A stretch of 62,911 bases of DNA, counting the filler, from Intoshia linei (Eukaryota > Animalia > Orthonectida), in NCBI GenBank assembly GCA_001642005.1. It is 5 parts of 5 records of this genome, joined end to end, with 100 filler letters (N's around TTAATTAATTAA, not from the genome) between each part and the next. Parts side by side here need not be neighbours in the genome. Positions count along the whole stretch, not along the records: positions 27,801 to 41,123 come from LWCA01001017.1; positions 41,224 to 45,799 come from LWCA01001907.1; positions 45,900 to 57,327 come from LWCA01001190.1; 2 more parts are not named here. The stretch is one strand, 5' to 3'. The notes beneath the pieces were generated by a model. It was not told the origin of the DNA. It was given only the letters and a program-made list of their open reading frames with translations, and searched no databases. A program made the translations under genes and the position numbers. Shown piece after piece: positions 39,550 to 52,195 of the stretch. Every line of letters starts with the position of its first letter. The stretch's first letter is position 1.

Positions 39550-40950
39550 AATATTGCCACTAAAATCAAAGACCTCAATCTCATGAGTATTTATTTTCCT
39601 ATTTACGAAATCAAACTTCTATTACTCATTCAGCAAAGATCTGTTAAATATAACGATGATATCATAAACGGTAAACCCTTGATGTTCAATAACGATATCT
39701 TGTCCAATCTTCAACTCAATTACACCAAGATAATTAAAACCATTATCAGCATCACCAAATTTAGGACCAATGAACCATTTTTTAATAATTTGTCAACAAT
39801 TAATAAGGTCAACGAACAACCTGAAATGTTCATATAACTCTTATCCTGCTTTTACTGTTCTGATGTTATTCAAATTTTCGATGAGCCTCTTGATAAATTA
39901 AATTCCAACCAACTAACCTCGAAAAAGGTTACGTTTGATATGGAGGAAACAACCAAAAAAGTGGGTTAAGATTCCTGAATCGCAAATAAATGTAATATCA
40001 TAACTTACAACCAGAATAATTGGGTAGACTGACAAAAACCATAAGTTCACTAAAGAAATTTTCTATACAGATTCAAACCTCAACAAAATCCTTACAACTG
40101 ATGATACCGTACTCGCGTCAAGTGGTTGGGTTCTAGTTAAGTATCGCGGGAAAAAGGGTGAACTTATCACGTAGACAATCAAGCAAGGTAAGGATTTTAG
40201 TAAATTGTTGTGTGGACCTATCCCCATTATGGACTGGACCCCAAAAGAATTTGACCCTAAGTTCCGGATATTCATTCGTCAAAACATCGATTTAAGGGCA
40301 CATCAATCTGTCTTAACTGATCTTTCACAAAGGTTATTGAAATCAATCAACAAAATTAGGATTGAATGTTCAGAACTACAACAACAGGATACCAACGAAA
40401 GGAAAACTTCGAGATTAAAAACCATTCAAGGGACATTTGATATCTCAAATTTTTATGGAAGTATAAACCTAGGTATTACCAATATGCTTAATAAAATAGT
40501 CGGTTCAATGACAGGTGTTAACAATGCTTTTCTTTGGTTGTCAAAAATTCTTAAGATGGGCTCTCTTCAGTTCGTCTCACCTACTGTCTCTAATACTATC
40601 ATCTCAAATCTCCCTAATTTAATTCCTTTTACCATATGCGCACTTGGGGCACAGGAAGGGATGAACCAAGCTTTTTGGTCTCTCTTGACTAGGGGATTTT
40701 CATTATGGCCACATTATTTCTATTTATCATTTCTACGGTTTACTGGTAAACGTCCGAGTAAAGGGGGGGGGGATAACATGGTAACGACAACCTGCTTTGA
40801 TTATAGGATAAATTTTACATTAGTCAATATGGTACTTTATGAAATGAAAGACATTGGCACTAAAATTGGGTTGGAATTTCACTAAAAGAATCGGTTTTTT
40901 CAATTTTATCAAACAACGACTGCCAGTCCACAACTATTGAAGGTTTCCAA
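39550..40950 (+). pseudogene. Endogenous viral element: negative-strand RNA virus (Mononegavirales-like) L-protein RdRp core
   Basis: One frame carries ordered motifs: pre-A/F 'KKGELIT*TIKQGKDFSK' (40151-40204; cf. KEKELK..GRxF), A 'TFDISNF', B 'LGAQEGMNQAFWSL' (cf. GGIEGxxQKxW), C 'GGDNM' (cf. GDNQ) and D 'IGLEFH/KES' (frameshift), then 'PQLLKVS'. Stop-interrupted frames extend upstream to about 39550. Confidence 0.82.
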
Positions 40951-40989
40951 TTAACCATGATGACCAAAGGACTTGCGCTTAATTTTCAA

Positions 40990-41121
40990 GACACTCTCGA
41001 TACCCAACATTTTTTCATAGATACAGAGCCAGAGACTGAAATATTAATGGACACTCCAGTGACTAAAATAATTTCTAAAAAGCCTAAATACCTATCTGAT
41101 TATATTCTCGATACACCCTGA
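40990..41121 (+). mobile_element. Probable Gypsy integrase C-terminal tail adjoining the L fragment
   Basis: '..TPVTKIISKKPKYLSDYIL' resembles the 'R..K.P.YL.DY' pol terminus. Confidence 0.5.
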
Positions 41122-41123
41122 TA

Positions 41124-41223
41124 NNNNNNNNNNNNNNNNNNNNNNNNNNNNNNNNNNNNNNNNNNNNTTAATTAATTAANNNNNNNNNNNNNNNNNNNNN
41201 NNNNNNNNNNNNNNNNNNNNNNN
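41124..41223. other. Assembly gap linker
   Basis: N run with TTAATTAATTAA. Confidence 0.97.
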
Positions 41224-41533
41224 TTTAACATTTTATAAAAAACATGATTAGTTTTTGTACTATCAAACAAAATGTATAATTTTGTTGGGGGGGGGGGGGT
41301 CCAAGACTTTTGACCGGCACTGTATAGAAAATATAATTTCGACGTTCGTTAAATGAAATATCCGTTAAATGAGATTTTGCTGTAGTACGTATTTTTCTGG
41401 CCACTTTATTTTTTGGCAACATTTTTAAGATAACGAAAATTGTTAACTTTTGTACAATAAAACTTGTTATAACAACTCAATTCTACGTTCCACTGTAGAC
41501 AAGTTTCACTGTCTTATGTAAAAAAATGCATAC

Positions 41534-43739
41534 GTGTAATAGTTCATCAGCTTCAACCGACATTTTAGCACATTGATAATTTGATTTGTGTGCAATTCTT
41601 TCACCTTCAATTTGAGCCAATATTTTTTTTTTTTTTTCACCAGTTTTCTGAACGACCATGGTTTCAGCAATTACCTCGGCTAAAAGTTTGTTTTGTTTTT
41701 CTAATTCTATTAAACTGTCAATTTTTTCCATTTCCAATTTTACATTGGATTCTTCTTCAACTAATTCGGCTGCATGTCTATATTTTTAATTATATTTTTA
41801 TTGTTTTAATTTACTTTGCATTTTCTTCTTGCGATTTAGTCGAAATTGCAATTGCTAACTGAATAGACTTTTGTAAAGCTTCTTTAGTGTGCTCTTCAAC
41901 TGGTAATATAGATCTGACATCAACTCCTGTAATGACCAAGTTGTTTTTTCCAAAAAATAAGGTTTTATTCTTAATTCCATTCTTGTCTACTCCAAACACT
42001 GAGTTTTTTATTATATTTATAGAGTTCTAAATAAAAATTAAGTACATTTTCTAAATAGTGAAGGACAATTAAAATAATATTTAAAATGGGTTATGGACAG
42101 TGTCCAGTGGACACATTCAAAATTATCATAATTTATAATTAATCTCGTATTGATGATTACTTTATGAAAATCTTCAAATTTGATGGATGCAATGGCTGAT
42201 CTAATCAAAGATGCCAATTTGTTGCAAGAATCACCAATAAAGTCTGGTACAGCAAATAGTTTTTTAATTTCACTTTCTGGACTATTTCTGGTAACCTGAA
42301 AATGCCTATAAAACATTTGTAATTTAAAATTTTATACTTTTATCTTATTAAAAGTAAAACCATTTGTATGCTGTAGAAACAGCAAGTCTTGCATGGTCAG
42401 AAGTTTCGACTATTATTTTATCTCTAAAAAAGTCTGGCCCAAGTTTCAGTGATATATAAAAATTTTTCTTGACAACTTTTGGTATACCTCCAGATAAACA
42501 AATCAATGTAAACTCTTCTTGTGGACACAATTTTACTAAATTTAAATTATATACATTTGTATGTTTTGTAAATTTGAATTTATACATTTATATAGAAATG
42601 TTAAAAATTTATTTATTTATATAAATCATTACCCAAATTTGGTCCAAATACAATTCTAAATACTAATTAAAAATTATAGACATTTTATAATAATTGTATT
42701 CTAAATTATAAATATTAATGATTTTATTAAAAATATTTAAAATAACATTTTGGAGTAGTACCTAGATTTTGCTGAAGTTTTTTCAAAGATTTGAACCACA
42801 TGCCCTTGCAAAACTTGATATGTTATCATTTCATGTTGTTTACTAAATGATTTCTTTAGAATAAATTCATTGGGACACTCCATTTCCACATCACTGACAG
42901 AATCAATAAAGTCTTTCTGAGAACCAATATCTAACGCATCCTAATCGGTGTATATGACTCATAAATAATAATTTTGATGGGATTTTATTATTTTTTAGTA
43001 TTTATTTTTTTAGTATTTTATTTTTCAGTATTTAATTACCGACACTGTCAGTATTTTAATAAAAAATTTTCAGTAATTAAATTATTTGTATTCAATTATA
43101 CGTTGTAATAATTGTATGTCAGTATATACTGCATATTCAAGGATATACTGACAGTTTATTTAAAGTACTGAAAAAATAATTTCTTTATTGCCCTTTTAAT
43201 TTAAATACCGACAATCAATTATTTCATAATTATTAAGTAATTAAATACTGACACATATAATACGTCCCGATAAATTATTCATAATTATAATTATACAATT
43301 TTTAAATTTAAAAATAAAAATCTGAGTGTGTAACCATTTATTGAGAATTATTCTAAAATATTAATTCTAACTCAGTTTTTTCCGGTGCAGATTTTAATTT
43401 TGAATTTTTCAAGCAGGTTTTAAAATTTAAAAATTTTCTTAGAATAACTTTAGGGTTTAATTATAATTGCATTTTTTTTACTTCATTTTTAAGAGTATAA
43501 AAATACATAATGTATATACATAAATATAAGTATACAATTATGCAATTCTACATTTATGTCTATAATTTATAAAAAATAGGTCTTAAAATAAAAAAATCCA
43601 TTCTCTGCAGAAAAATCTGCTGATGTACGAAGTTCATAACATTAATCTAGTAATTCTATAAGTTCAAAACTGATACTAGATCCATTAAGGTTTTTGTTCG
43701 TCCTGTATTTCTTTTTGGAGGGTCGTTCGAGAAACCTGC
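41534..43739 (-). CDS. MVP: Major vault protein, partial (R8-R9 loop, R9, shoulder, start of cap helix)
   Basis: 'ITYQVLQGHVVQIF..SRIVFGPNL', 'EEFTLICLSGGIPK..LGPDFFRDKIIVETSDHARL', 'LFAVPDFIGDSCNKLASLIRSAIASIKFEDFHK', 'NNLVITGVDVRSILPVEEHTKEALQKSIQLAIAISTKSQE'. Confidence 0.93.
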
Positions 43740-44894
43740 CTAAATGAAATAAATTAAATTTATTAATACATTATTATTATATTATTAATATGCATTATTT
43801 ATTGAGCACTGTGTTTATATTTGAATGTTAATCATGATACATTTTCAATTTGAGAAAATAATAAATAATAAAGATTTTAAATTTTGTATCAAGTTAGCTG
43901 TCGCTGATTGTAAAATATATACAATAAAATCTCTTAAATTTAAAGCCAATTTCATTGAAATACTTTTTATTTTAAATATTCACATGTTCATTTTTATATG
44001 AATTTTGTAATTGATTTTGAAAAATTCTGAATTATTTTATTTACATTTCATATTATTTGTTAATTTCATGATTACGAAATTTTTTCATTTAAAATTTAGT
44101 GTTTCATAGAATAAATATTACTTATGATTTATTTAGTTAATCTTATATATAGAGAATAAAATCGTATCGGTGTCGATATTCCATATATAATGATTTAGCT
44201 GCTGTTAAAAGTTATTTGGAATAAATGTATATTTATTTATCTTTATTATTTATAAAAACGTCAAATTAAAAATTGTAAATAATCACTGTAGTTGAAGAAT
44301 TCCTTGTATTGAATCAAAATGGTACTTCAGATTAAGGAGATCCTACAGTATCTTAACAATTATCATGCTTAAGAAACGTGAGTATAACACTGAAGATTGC
44401 GTAAATGGTTCGGTTGTTGAAAACGTTTAAATAGGAATTACAGAATTGTATATAATTTTTAATAGTTTATAATGTGATGTTTTATGTCATAATAAATATT
44501 TTAAGACTTAATGATTCAAAATTGATAAAATTATGATATCGAAATTGGGCTACGTAATTTTCGAATAGGGAATAAAAATTTTGGAGAGATACATACGAAA
44601 AGTAAGAGATTACTCAATACCATAATAACATAAAAACAGGTTATGGTTACCGAAACTGCAATCCGTGAACATCACAATATAGAAAAATAATAAGAAATAT
44701 AGTGGCGGTATTGAGAGGTGTGACTGTACTTAATATATTTAGCGTTATATTACTACTTAAAATTAATTAATGTTAATAATTAAAACTGTATTGCTTAAAC
44801 TGCGATAAGTAATTTAAACTAAATTGATCTAAAAAAAATGTTGTCTGAATCTACACTTAAGATTTCAAATTGATCACTTTTTGGTGGTCCTGAG

Positions 44895-45417
44895 CAGAGT
44901 TGCCAGATTAAAAAGTTTATATTGGGCAGAATAGTGTGTTGGAAAACTTTATTCGAAAAATTTAAAAACTTCAAATTGATTGACTAGTAATAATCATTAT
45001 TTACATTGTAAATATAAAATTGTTAATTTTAAATTTATTTTTTAAATTCAAAATTAATAATTTATTTCATTTGGGCTAAAAAATTTAAAAATACAATTTT
45101 ATTTAACTTTCCCGAAAGATAGATATGCAGAAAAATACATGCTCGGAAAAGCCTATGAGTCAATAGTGACTAACATAAGTGAGTTTTGATGATAATAAGA
45201 AAGTAAAAAAGTAAATATAAAAATAAAACAAACAATTGTGAACAAGTAATAATTAAAATAATACAACAAAAAACTAAAATTTTTATTTTAAAAATATAAT
45301 TAAGCTATAAAATTGCATGGTTAATAAAAATATATAAGCGGGGAAGTTTAAGAAGTGCATTGGAAAATGTACATAACCAATGGAAATGTACGATAAACGT
45401 AGTTTCTGGCAACTCTG
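44895..45417. mobile_element. MITE with 13-bp perfect TIRs and 8-bp TSD (P- or hAT-type)
   Basis: CAGAGTTGCCAGA / TCTGGCAACTCTG with TSD GTCCTGAG at 44887-44894 and 45418-45425. Confidence 0.9.
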
Positions 45418-45799
45418 GTCCTGAGTGCCTTTGGACCATAATCTTGAATTTTGAAGAATTATTTGGGAAAATAAAAAAATTGTTATGGAACCTATTAATG
45501 ACTGTTTAATTATGAAATTTTCTTTAAACGATAAATTAAAATTCAACGATTATTCATTTTTTAATCGTTTTTAATTAAGGTGTTCTGAATTATCTATTTT
45601 GCAAACGAGTCTTTCCCGTGTGGTGGCTTTTTTAATTTTCACTTTTTTGCAAAAATACAAAAGTGCCACCCCATACGTGAAAGATGGGGTTGAATGATAC
45701 ACAACTATCAAAAAATTATATAAAAAGAATTAATAAAAACTCTAAGGCAAAGCACTTCAAAATATGAATAATGAGCAAAATTTAATTTATTTTGTATAG

Positions 45800-45899
45800 N
45801 NNNNNNNNNNNNNNNNNNNNNNNNNNNNNNNNNNNNNNNNNNNTTAATTAATTAANNNNNNNNNNNNNNNNNNNNNNNNNNNNNNNNNNNNNNNNNNNN
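45800..45899. other. Assembly gap linker
   Basis: N run with TTAATTAATTAA. Confidence 0.97.
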
Positions 45900-46709
45900 T
45901 TATAGATCTTAATTCGTTTTCCGTAACAACATTATCTTTTTCTTTTCTTCCCTCTTTCCTATTAATAATATTTAAATTTATATAATTTTAAAATGTACAT
46001 GTATGTCACTGTATGAACAATTGGCAGAATTATCTTCTATTTTAACAATCGTTTTTCGAATGCAGTCGTTTGATAGATTGGTGAGTTCTGATAGTTCGTT
46101 AGTATTTTTCATTTTATATAATCTTTTAATTGTTTCAAATGTATTTTTATCTACCACTTTTCTAATATTTTCATGCATAATACCGATAACACAATTAACT
46201 TTATCAATTAAACTTAAACTTTCTTTTATGAATCATTGCAACATAAAAAATGAAATAATATTTGAAAAAGTATTGCTCAAAATAATGTACTTCAGTATTT
46301 TTTAAAAAAGTTTTATATTTATAAAAACAAAATTTATATTCATGACAAACTCTGTATATAAACAAATAAATCAATATGAACTTCTATAAAAATAATAATT
46401 TTTATAAATTTATATGAACTTTAAGCATCTCTAAAACAATAAGTAAATGATCTAGAATTGAATTTAAAAATATAAGATAAATAACAAAACATGGGGATGA
46501 ACACCATACCACACAAACCAATATTACGTTATCCTATGATAACATTCCACCAAATAAAGTTATGTTTTAATTTTTGTATGGGATCTTTAAAAATGCAAGC
46601 GTCTCCGCAAATTTATGTCTAAATTAATTATTTTTTTTACATTGTTATTTTTGACTAATTACTCCATTTTTGCCGATACAGGACTTAATTTATAAAATTT
46701 GGTCACACC

Positions 46710-48381
46710 CCTAGTGCAGCTATATCACTGAAACCGGCTATAAACTTCATATAAAAATTGTACATCCCAATGAATCGCCTAAGGCGTTTGATACTTTTAG
46801 GATACATCATTTCATTAATTGAATCTACTTTGGATGCATCAGGTCGAATACAATCACAATTAACTACATGTCCAAGAATTTTTAATTGTTTCTTAGCAAT
46901 AACACACTTTTTAGGTTTTACTGTTAACCACGTTTTTTTAGAAATTCAAGAACGTTAATTAAATCTTTCTCATGTTCAATTTCATTGTATGAGGCTATAA
47001 TAATATCGTCTAAGTATACAATTACATTCAAATGATCTTTCAAAAGACGATCCTTAATTCTTTGACACGTCGCCGGGGCATTCGATAATCCCTGTGGCAT
47101 TACAGTATATTGATATAATTTATTACCAAAACTTGTTCTAAATGCGGTTTTCCAGCGATCAGAGTGTGCTAAGGGTATCTGCCAATAACCGTTGGTGAGA
47201 TCTAAGTACGAAAATACCTTTCGACCTTCCATAAAGTTTAAACACGTCTTTAAATTTGGCGCAGAGTATCTATCCGGAATAGTTAATTGTTTAAATACTT
47301 CTCGTGTTTTGATTTAAGATTAATGGTATGTTTTCCCGTGTTACATCTACCAGGAATATCACATATTACATCAGAATAACTATTTAATATATTATAATCA
47401 CAATAATTGTCCAATATTCGACAAATTTTAATTTTTAGTACTGCACGGCATCCTAAAATATTATCGGTATTCGTTATATAACACGGTAATGTATATCCAT
47501 TAGTTAATTTTAATTGAACTACGCCATAATTTTTTAGATACGACCCGTCAGCGGAAAAAAGTACAGTATTACCGGTTTTAGAAATTAAAAATAGGCTATA
47601 AAATTTTTTATTAATACAATTGACCTGTGACCCAGTGTCAATTATAAATTTTAATGTTACCGTTTTTCCATCATTATCAAATGCATCAACATAATGATCT
47701 ATTTGACTTGTTTTGTTATCATATATTGCACGAATGTTAGGTTTGATATCTTTAGTTTTGCAGAACCTTGATATATTTCCAGACTTACCGCAATTATAAC
47801 AAGATACCATTCAATGTTCAGGCATAGAATGTTTTGACGATAAAAGTAAAATTACTTTAGATTGCTTGAAACGACTTACCACCTCTTGAATTTTGATAAT
47901 TGAAATTGATTCATCAAGAGTAGGGTTCCCATCATCAATGAGTAAACGTTGACAGACGTTGAGGACAGGTTAAAAAAATGTGATCTCTAATAGCTTCACA
48001 TGCACCTGTGAAATCACACCTGTTTGCTTGTAAGGTCAACCAATGGGCATACTCTTCAATTGATTGATTTGATTTCTGGCGCATTTGAAATAAAATGGCT
48101 CTCTCTTCCAAAATATTAACTGATCGCCAACTTAAAACTGTCTTTTTAATTTTTGCATATGTTGTCTTTGTATCAAATTCAAGTTTTTGACGAGCCTCTT
48201 TTCCGATTAAGATAATAATAGATTTGAATTCATCAATAGCTTCATCTGGATTAATAATTTTCTCCAATTTAATATAATCTTCGAATTCTGAAATCCACGT
48301 TTTAACATCCAAGGTATACTGCCCATTATTCATTAGCGGTAGAGGACATTCCTTCCTGTATAAATTTTTCAAATCGTCCAT
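46710..48381 (-). mobile_element. Degenerate Ty3/Gypsy gag-protease-RT
   Basis: 'VKTWISEFEDY', CYNCGKSGNISRFC, FIIDTGS, 'LDLTNGYWQIPL..KTAF..MPQGLSNAPAT..VYLDDII'. Confidence 0.95.
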
Positions 48382-48748
48382 AATTTAAAATTAAAATGTA
48401 ATGTTAGATATAAAGTATTGCTGTAATATAAGTTTTTTTTTTAAAATATTTCAATTTTAAGATGATTTACAATTTATTTACAACCAATATCAACTATAGT
48501 TTAATTTATTTAAACTTTACATAATTCTATGGATTATTACACTGATATTCCCAGTTTTGATTATATAACGTTGAAATGTACAAATTACGTTCCTCCATGA
48601 AAAAACAAAAATTTTTGATAAAAATTAATACTCAAATTTTCAAACAAATTAAAATTTAAGTGGTATCCATATACATAATATTCTGATGTTTATTATTATG
48701 TTAAAACTCAATTTTTTAATTTTATGTCAATTATTATTTTTTATCATA

Positions 48749-51700
48749 ATGAATACTGTCCCAATACAATTATGCAAGATAATTCAAATCTCATGGAAAT
48801 TTTGTGTCATGAAAATAAAATCAAAACTTTTAACGACCCTTGATCTATGAAATCAGAAACTAATTGTAATTATAATTATTAGATATTTTTAATTTAGGAT
48901 CAAAAAAAATTTTATCCTCATAATCACATTTGTTGTGATTCCGATCACAGTTTATTTATTGCTACCGTATTATTTCAATTCCTTTAAAAGTATACAAGAC
49001 ATTATAAATGCAAAGATATTATGGTATATGTATTGGGTTGGATTGGGAATTTTGTCATCAGTTGGATTTGGTTTTGGATTGCATACTTTTGTTCTTTACC
49101 TGGTATGTGTATTTTATTCTCTAAATTATGTGGTATAATTGTAATCGATAAAAATTGTCGATACCCTTTCAAATTTATCTTTGAATGAATATGATTTTGT
49201 TTAAGCCATATTTATTTATTCATTTGTTAATCAGTGGTCAATAAACTTTGACACGATGCCGCGCAAACTAGAAAATATTCTACGGGTCTGATGAAAATTT
49301 TATTCAAATAATATTAATGATTTTTTAACATTTTTAAAATCTTAAATACATTCCACGGACAAGTCGTAGAATGTGTAAAACTTTCATTTAATTAAGATTT
49401 TTTTTGAACCAAACTTTAAGGGCAAGTCGTAGAATGTGTAAGTCTCATTTATCCAGATTTACCAATATTTTTTCGAAAAATCCATTTTTACACCATCTTA
49501 TGAGAAAGAATCGTTGAATCCAACCATTTAACAAAAAATCCAATTTTATCAATCTTTAATCTTTAAATTCAATTATATCTTTCCCATGTGTACAAATGGT
49601 TGCCTATCTGAGCGACTTGATGTCATCCTTCATGTTGGAATGACCTAGAAACAGGTCATATACTGCTGTGAGTGACATAATTATCGGATTAGCTGCTATA
49701 ATCGAAAGTCATATATGTCCAGTATTTAAGGTTTCAATCTTGTCTAAGGGCAGTGTTACATTACGAACTCTTAAGCTATCCTTAACTCTTTCGATTGTAT
49801 CCCCCAATTGAGAACCCCTGTCTTAGATTATGCCAGTAGCAGTGAATTCCATCTAAGTTGAACTTCTTTTCATCGCTCCAAATAATTTTGGACCAATCCG
49901 TCGATTCTAATATTTTTTTCAGCGAAAAGAATTCTGCTTTGTTTGTGTTTTTTTAATAATCTAGGTATTTTTTTAATTCTGGAAAATAAAAATAAATCGG
50001 AATGTTGGAGTGTTCTTTGAATGGAGCGAATAGATATATCATTATCCATTTTAATAGATATCTGAGTTGCAGTACATTTTTCGCGTGTAGCAAGTCCTAA
50101 AAGCTTCCTTTCATCTCGTGGTGATATACATTTAGGCCTCCCACTTGATTTCTTTTTACCGTATCCTCAGCGTTTTTCAGCCTGAGTAAATGTTAAATAC
50201 TGCACATTACGGATCACCACAGATACATCCAATACGGACTTAATACTTATAGTGTATGCCGAGGAAATGTTCATACGTGAAGACAATGATCATTTATCGA
50301 TGTTGTACTTAGAATGAAAAGACACATATTTCTTTTGAATCCTATACACTATATCCAACGGACACTTATAAGATATTTCCAAAACACTTTTAACTGTCAC
50401 AGAATCGTTAAGGACACTATAGTTTATTTTAAAATTGGGATGACTTTTGACAAAAGGAATCTGTAATGCAACACCGACAAAGACCATAGACGAAATTTTT
50501 CCAATTAATGCACAGAAAAACAGAGCACCCGGATGTGACATCATAGCTTCAAAGAAATACATACCACCAGCAACTGCTCTTTTAGGATGCATCAGGAAAC
50601 TAGTAACATTACGTACATAATCTTTCGAGCCATAATAACAATACTAATAGTAGCTTCCACCCTGAAATACTAAATAAGCACCATAAATAATTTAAATATA
50701 CATTATAAATATGTCTTGTAGAAATGTTATTAACTATTATTTATATTTAGGGACCTTATATAATAAATGTGACATTAGCTGCCTATGAATGTAATTCTGT
50801 GAATTTTTTGGAACCTCCTTATCCGAACGAGTAATTTTTAATTATTTTTCAAATTATATAATTATTTAGAATTATATGCCCGTTTGTTGTGAATAAAGAT
50901 ATCTATATTACATTTTGGCAGATATTATGGAAAGTGAGCCTCGAGTCGTTATTTTGGGTAAATTAATTTGATATTAAATATTTATAATTGTAGGGTGTTG
51001 GGACTGCTATAGGAGAACTACCACCTTATTTCATGGCTCGCGCAGCCCGATTTGCTGGCGGTGAAAGTGAAGAATTAATTTTCAAAAAAAACATGGTAAT
51101 TAATTCTTAAAATAAATTCATTAATTTAAATTAACTTAGAAATGGATGGATAAAATGAAATATAATGTGCATTATTTTGTTAAAAATATGGGATTTCCTG
51201 CAATTTTTTTATGTGCCTCAGTAATTTTTAATAAATCTAAAAATGTACATTGTTTTAAATTGTATTTAGATTCCAAACCCTTTATTTGATTTAGCTGGTG
51301 TCACCTGTGGACATTTTTTGGTTTCATTTAAAACCTTCTTTGTTGCGACTTTATTAGGAAAAGCTATTGTTAAAACTTTTATTCAAGTAAATCAGTTTAT
51401 ATTTAATAATTATGAATTAGGAAACATTTGTTATTGTTTTATTTAGTGATAAACATTTAAACTCACTGGTTAATTTAATTAGGTAATTTTATTGATATTA
51501 TGTTTATTTGTTTTTTATTTTATTTATAGTAAAATACCTTTATATGGGGAAAGATTGAAAAAACCCGTTTTACACTATCTCAACATCCAGAAATTAAAAT
51601 TACATAACAAATCTAATGTGGTCGAGGTACTTATTTTATCTTTCAACTAATTTTTAAATTCCTATAGACTACGACAATATCTTTGATATTGAATATTGTG

Positions 51701-51790
51701 TTTGGAGCCATGATTCTTTATTTTATCGTGTCTATTGTCAATGCTTTGGCCACCAGAAATTTAAACAAAAAAAAAAAGAAAGATATGTAG
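48749..51790 (+). CDS. VMP1: Vacuole membrane protein 1 (TMEM49), multi-exon; true start uncertain
   Basis: '[24 protein letters not shown]|[19 protein letters not shown]', '[20 protein letters not shown]', '[21 protein letters not shown]'. Confidence 0.94.
49820..50175 (-). mobile_element. Tc1/Tc3-like transposase remnant in a VMP1 intron
   Basis: '[18 protein letters not shown]..' HTH region and '[19 protein letters not shown]'. Confidence 0.85.
50200..50650 (-). pseudogene. Endogenous viral element: virga/tobamo-like superfamily 1 RNA helicase fragment
   Basis: '[63 protein letters not shown]' is colinear with Viral_helicase1 'NVRTVDSFLM..FIDEALMxHxG..GDxxQIPFI.R..F..SYRCPxDV...Y'. The motif II and III aspartates are substituted. 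Confidence 0.85.
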
Positions 51791-52195
51791 CAATAATTAA
51801 TTTTTCAAATATAATTTTGAAATTTTTTTAATTAATTTATTAATAATTTATGAAGCGACTTGCTTATTTATCTTTTTCATTCATAAATAGTGTCGAATGC
51901 ACGGTTTACTTTATTAGATCAGTGTAAATAAACGTGTAATGTGGCGAAGTGATATTTGATATGTAATGATGCGAATTTGTCAAGCTTCATTAATTTGAAA
52001 TTTGACTACGATATCAATGTCGCCTCACATGGTTGCATAATTGTCATTTCAAAATGCATATGTGTAAAAAATTAATGTTTATTTGCGCTTGCTTAGTGAA
52101 CAAATAGACTTATTGCCATGTTACGAGTCGTGTTTTATTTATTAGTCCATATTTGAGATTCCGCTGAGATTTTATAAATATTTTAAAAAATTTTA

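Noticed and set aside
40205-40885. ORF as a reverse transcriptase (non-LTR or Penelope)
   Set aside because: It lacks QG..SP and YxDD. It has EG..Q..W and GDN plus the upstream KxxE..G.xF of viral L proteins.
45283-45546. ORF 'LIGS..LQNSRLWSK' as a possible MVP repeat-8 exon
   Set aside because: It spans the MITE terminus and TSD at 45417-45425 and has no convincing splice sites. The resemblance is probably chance.
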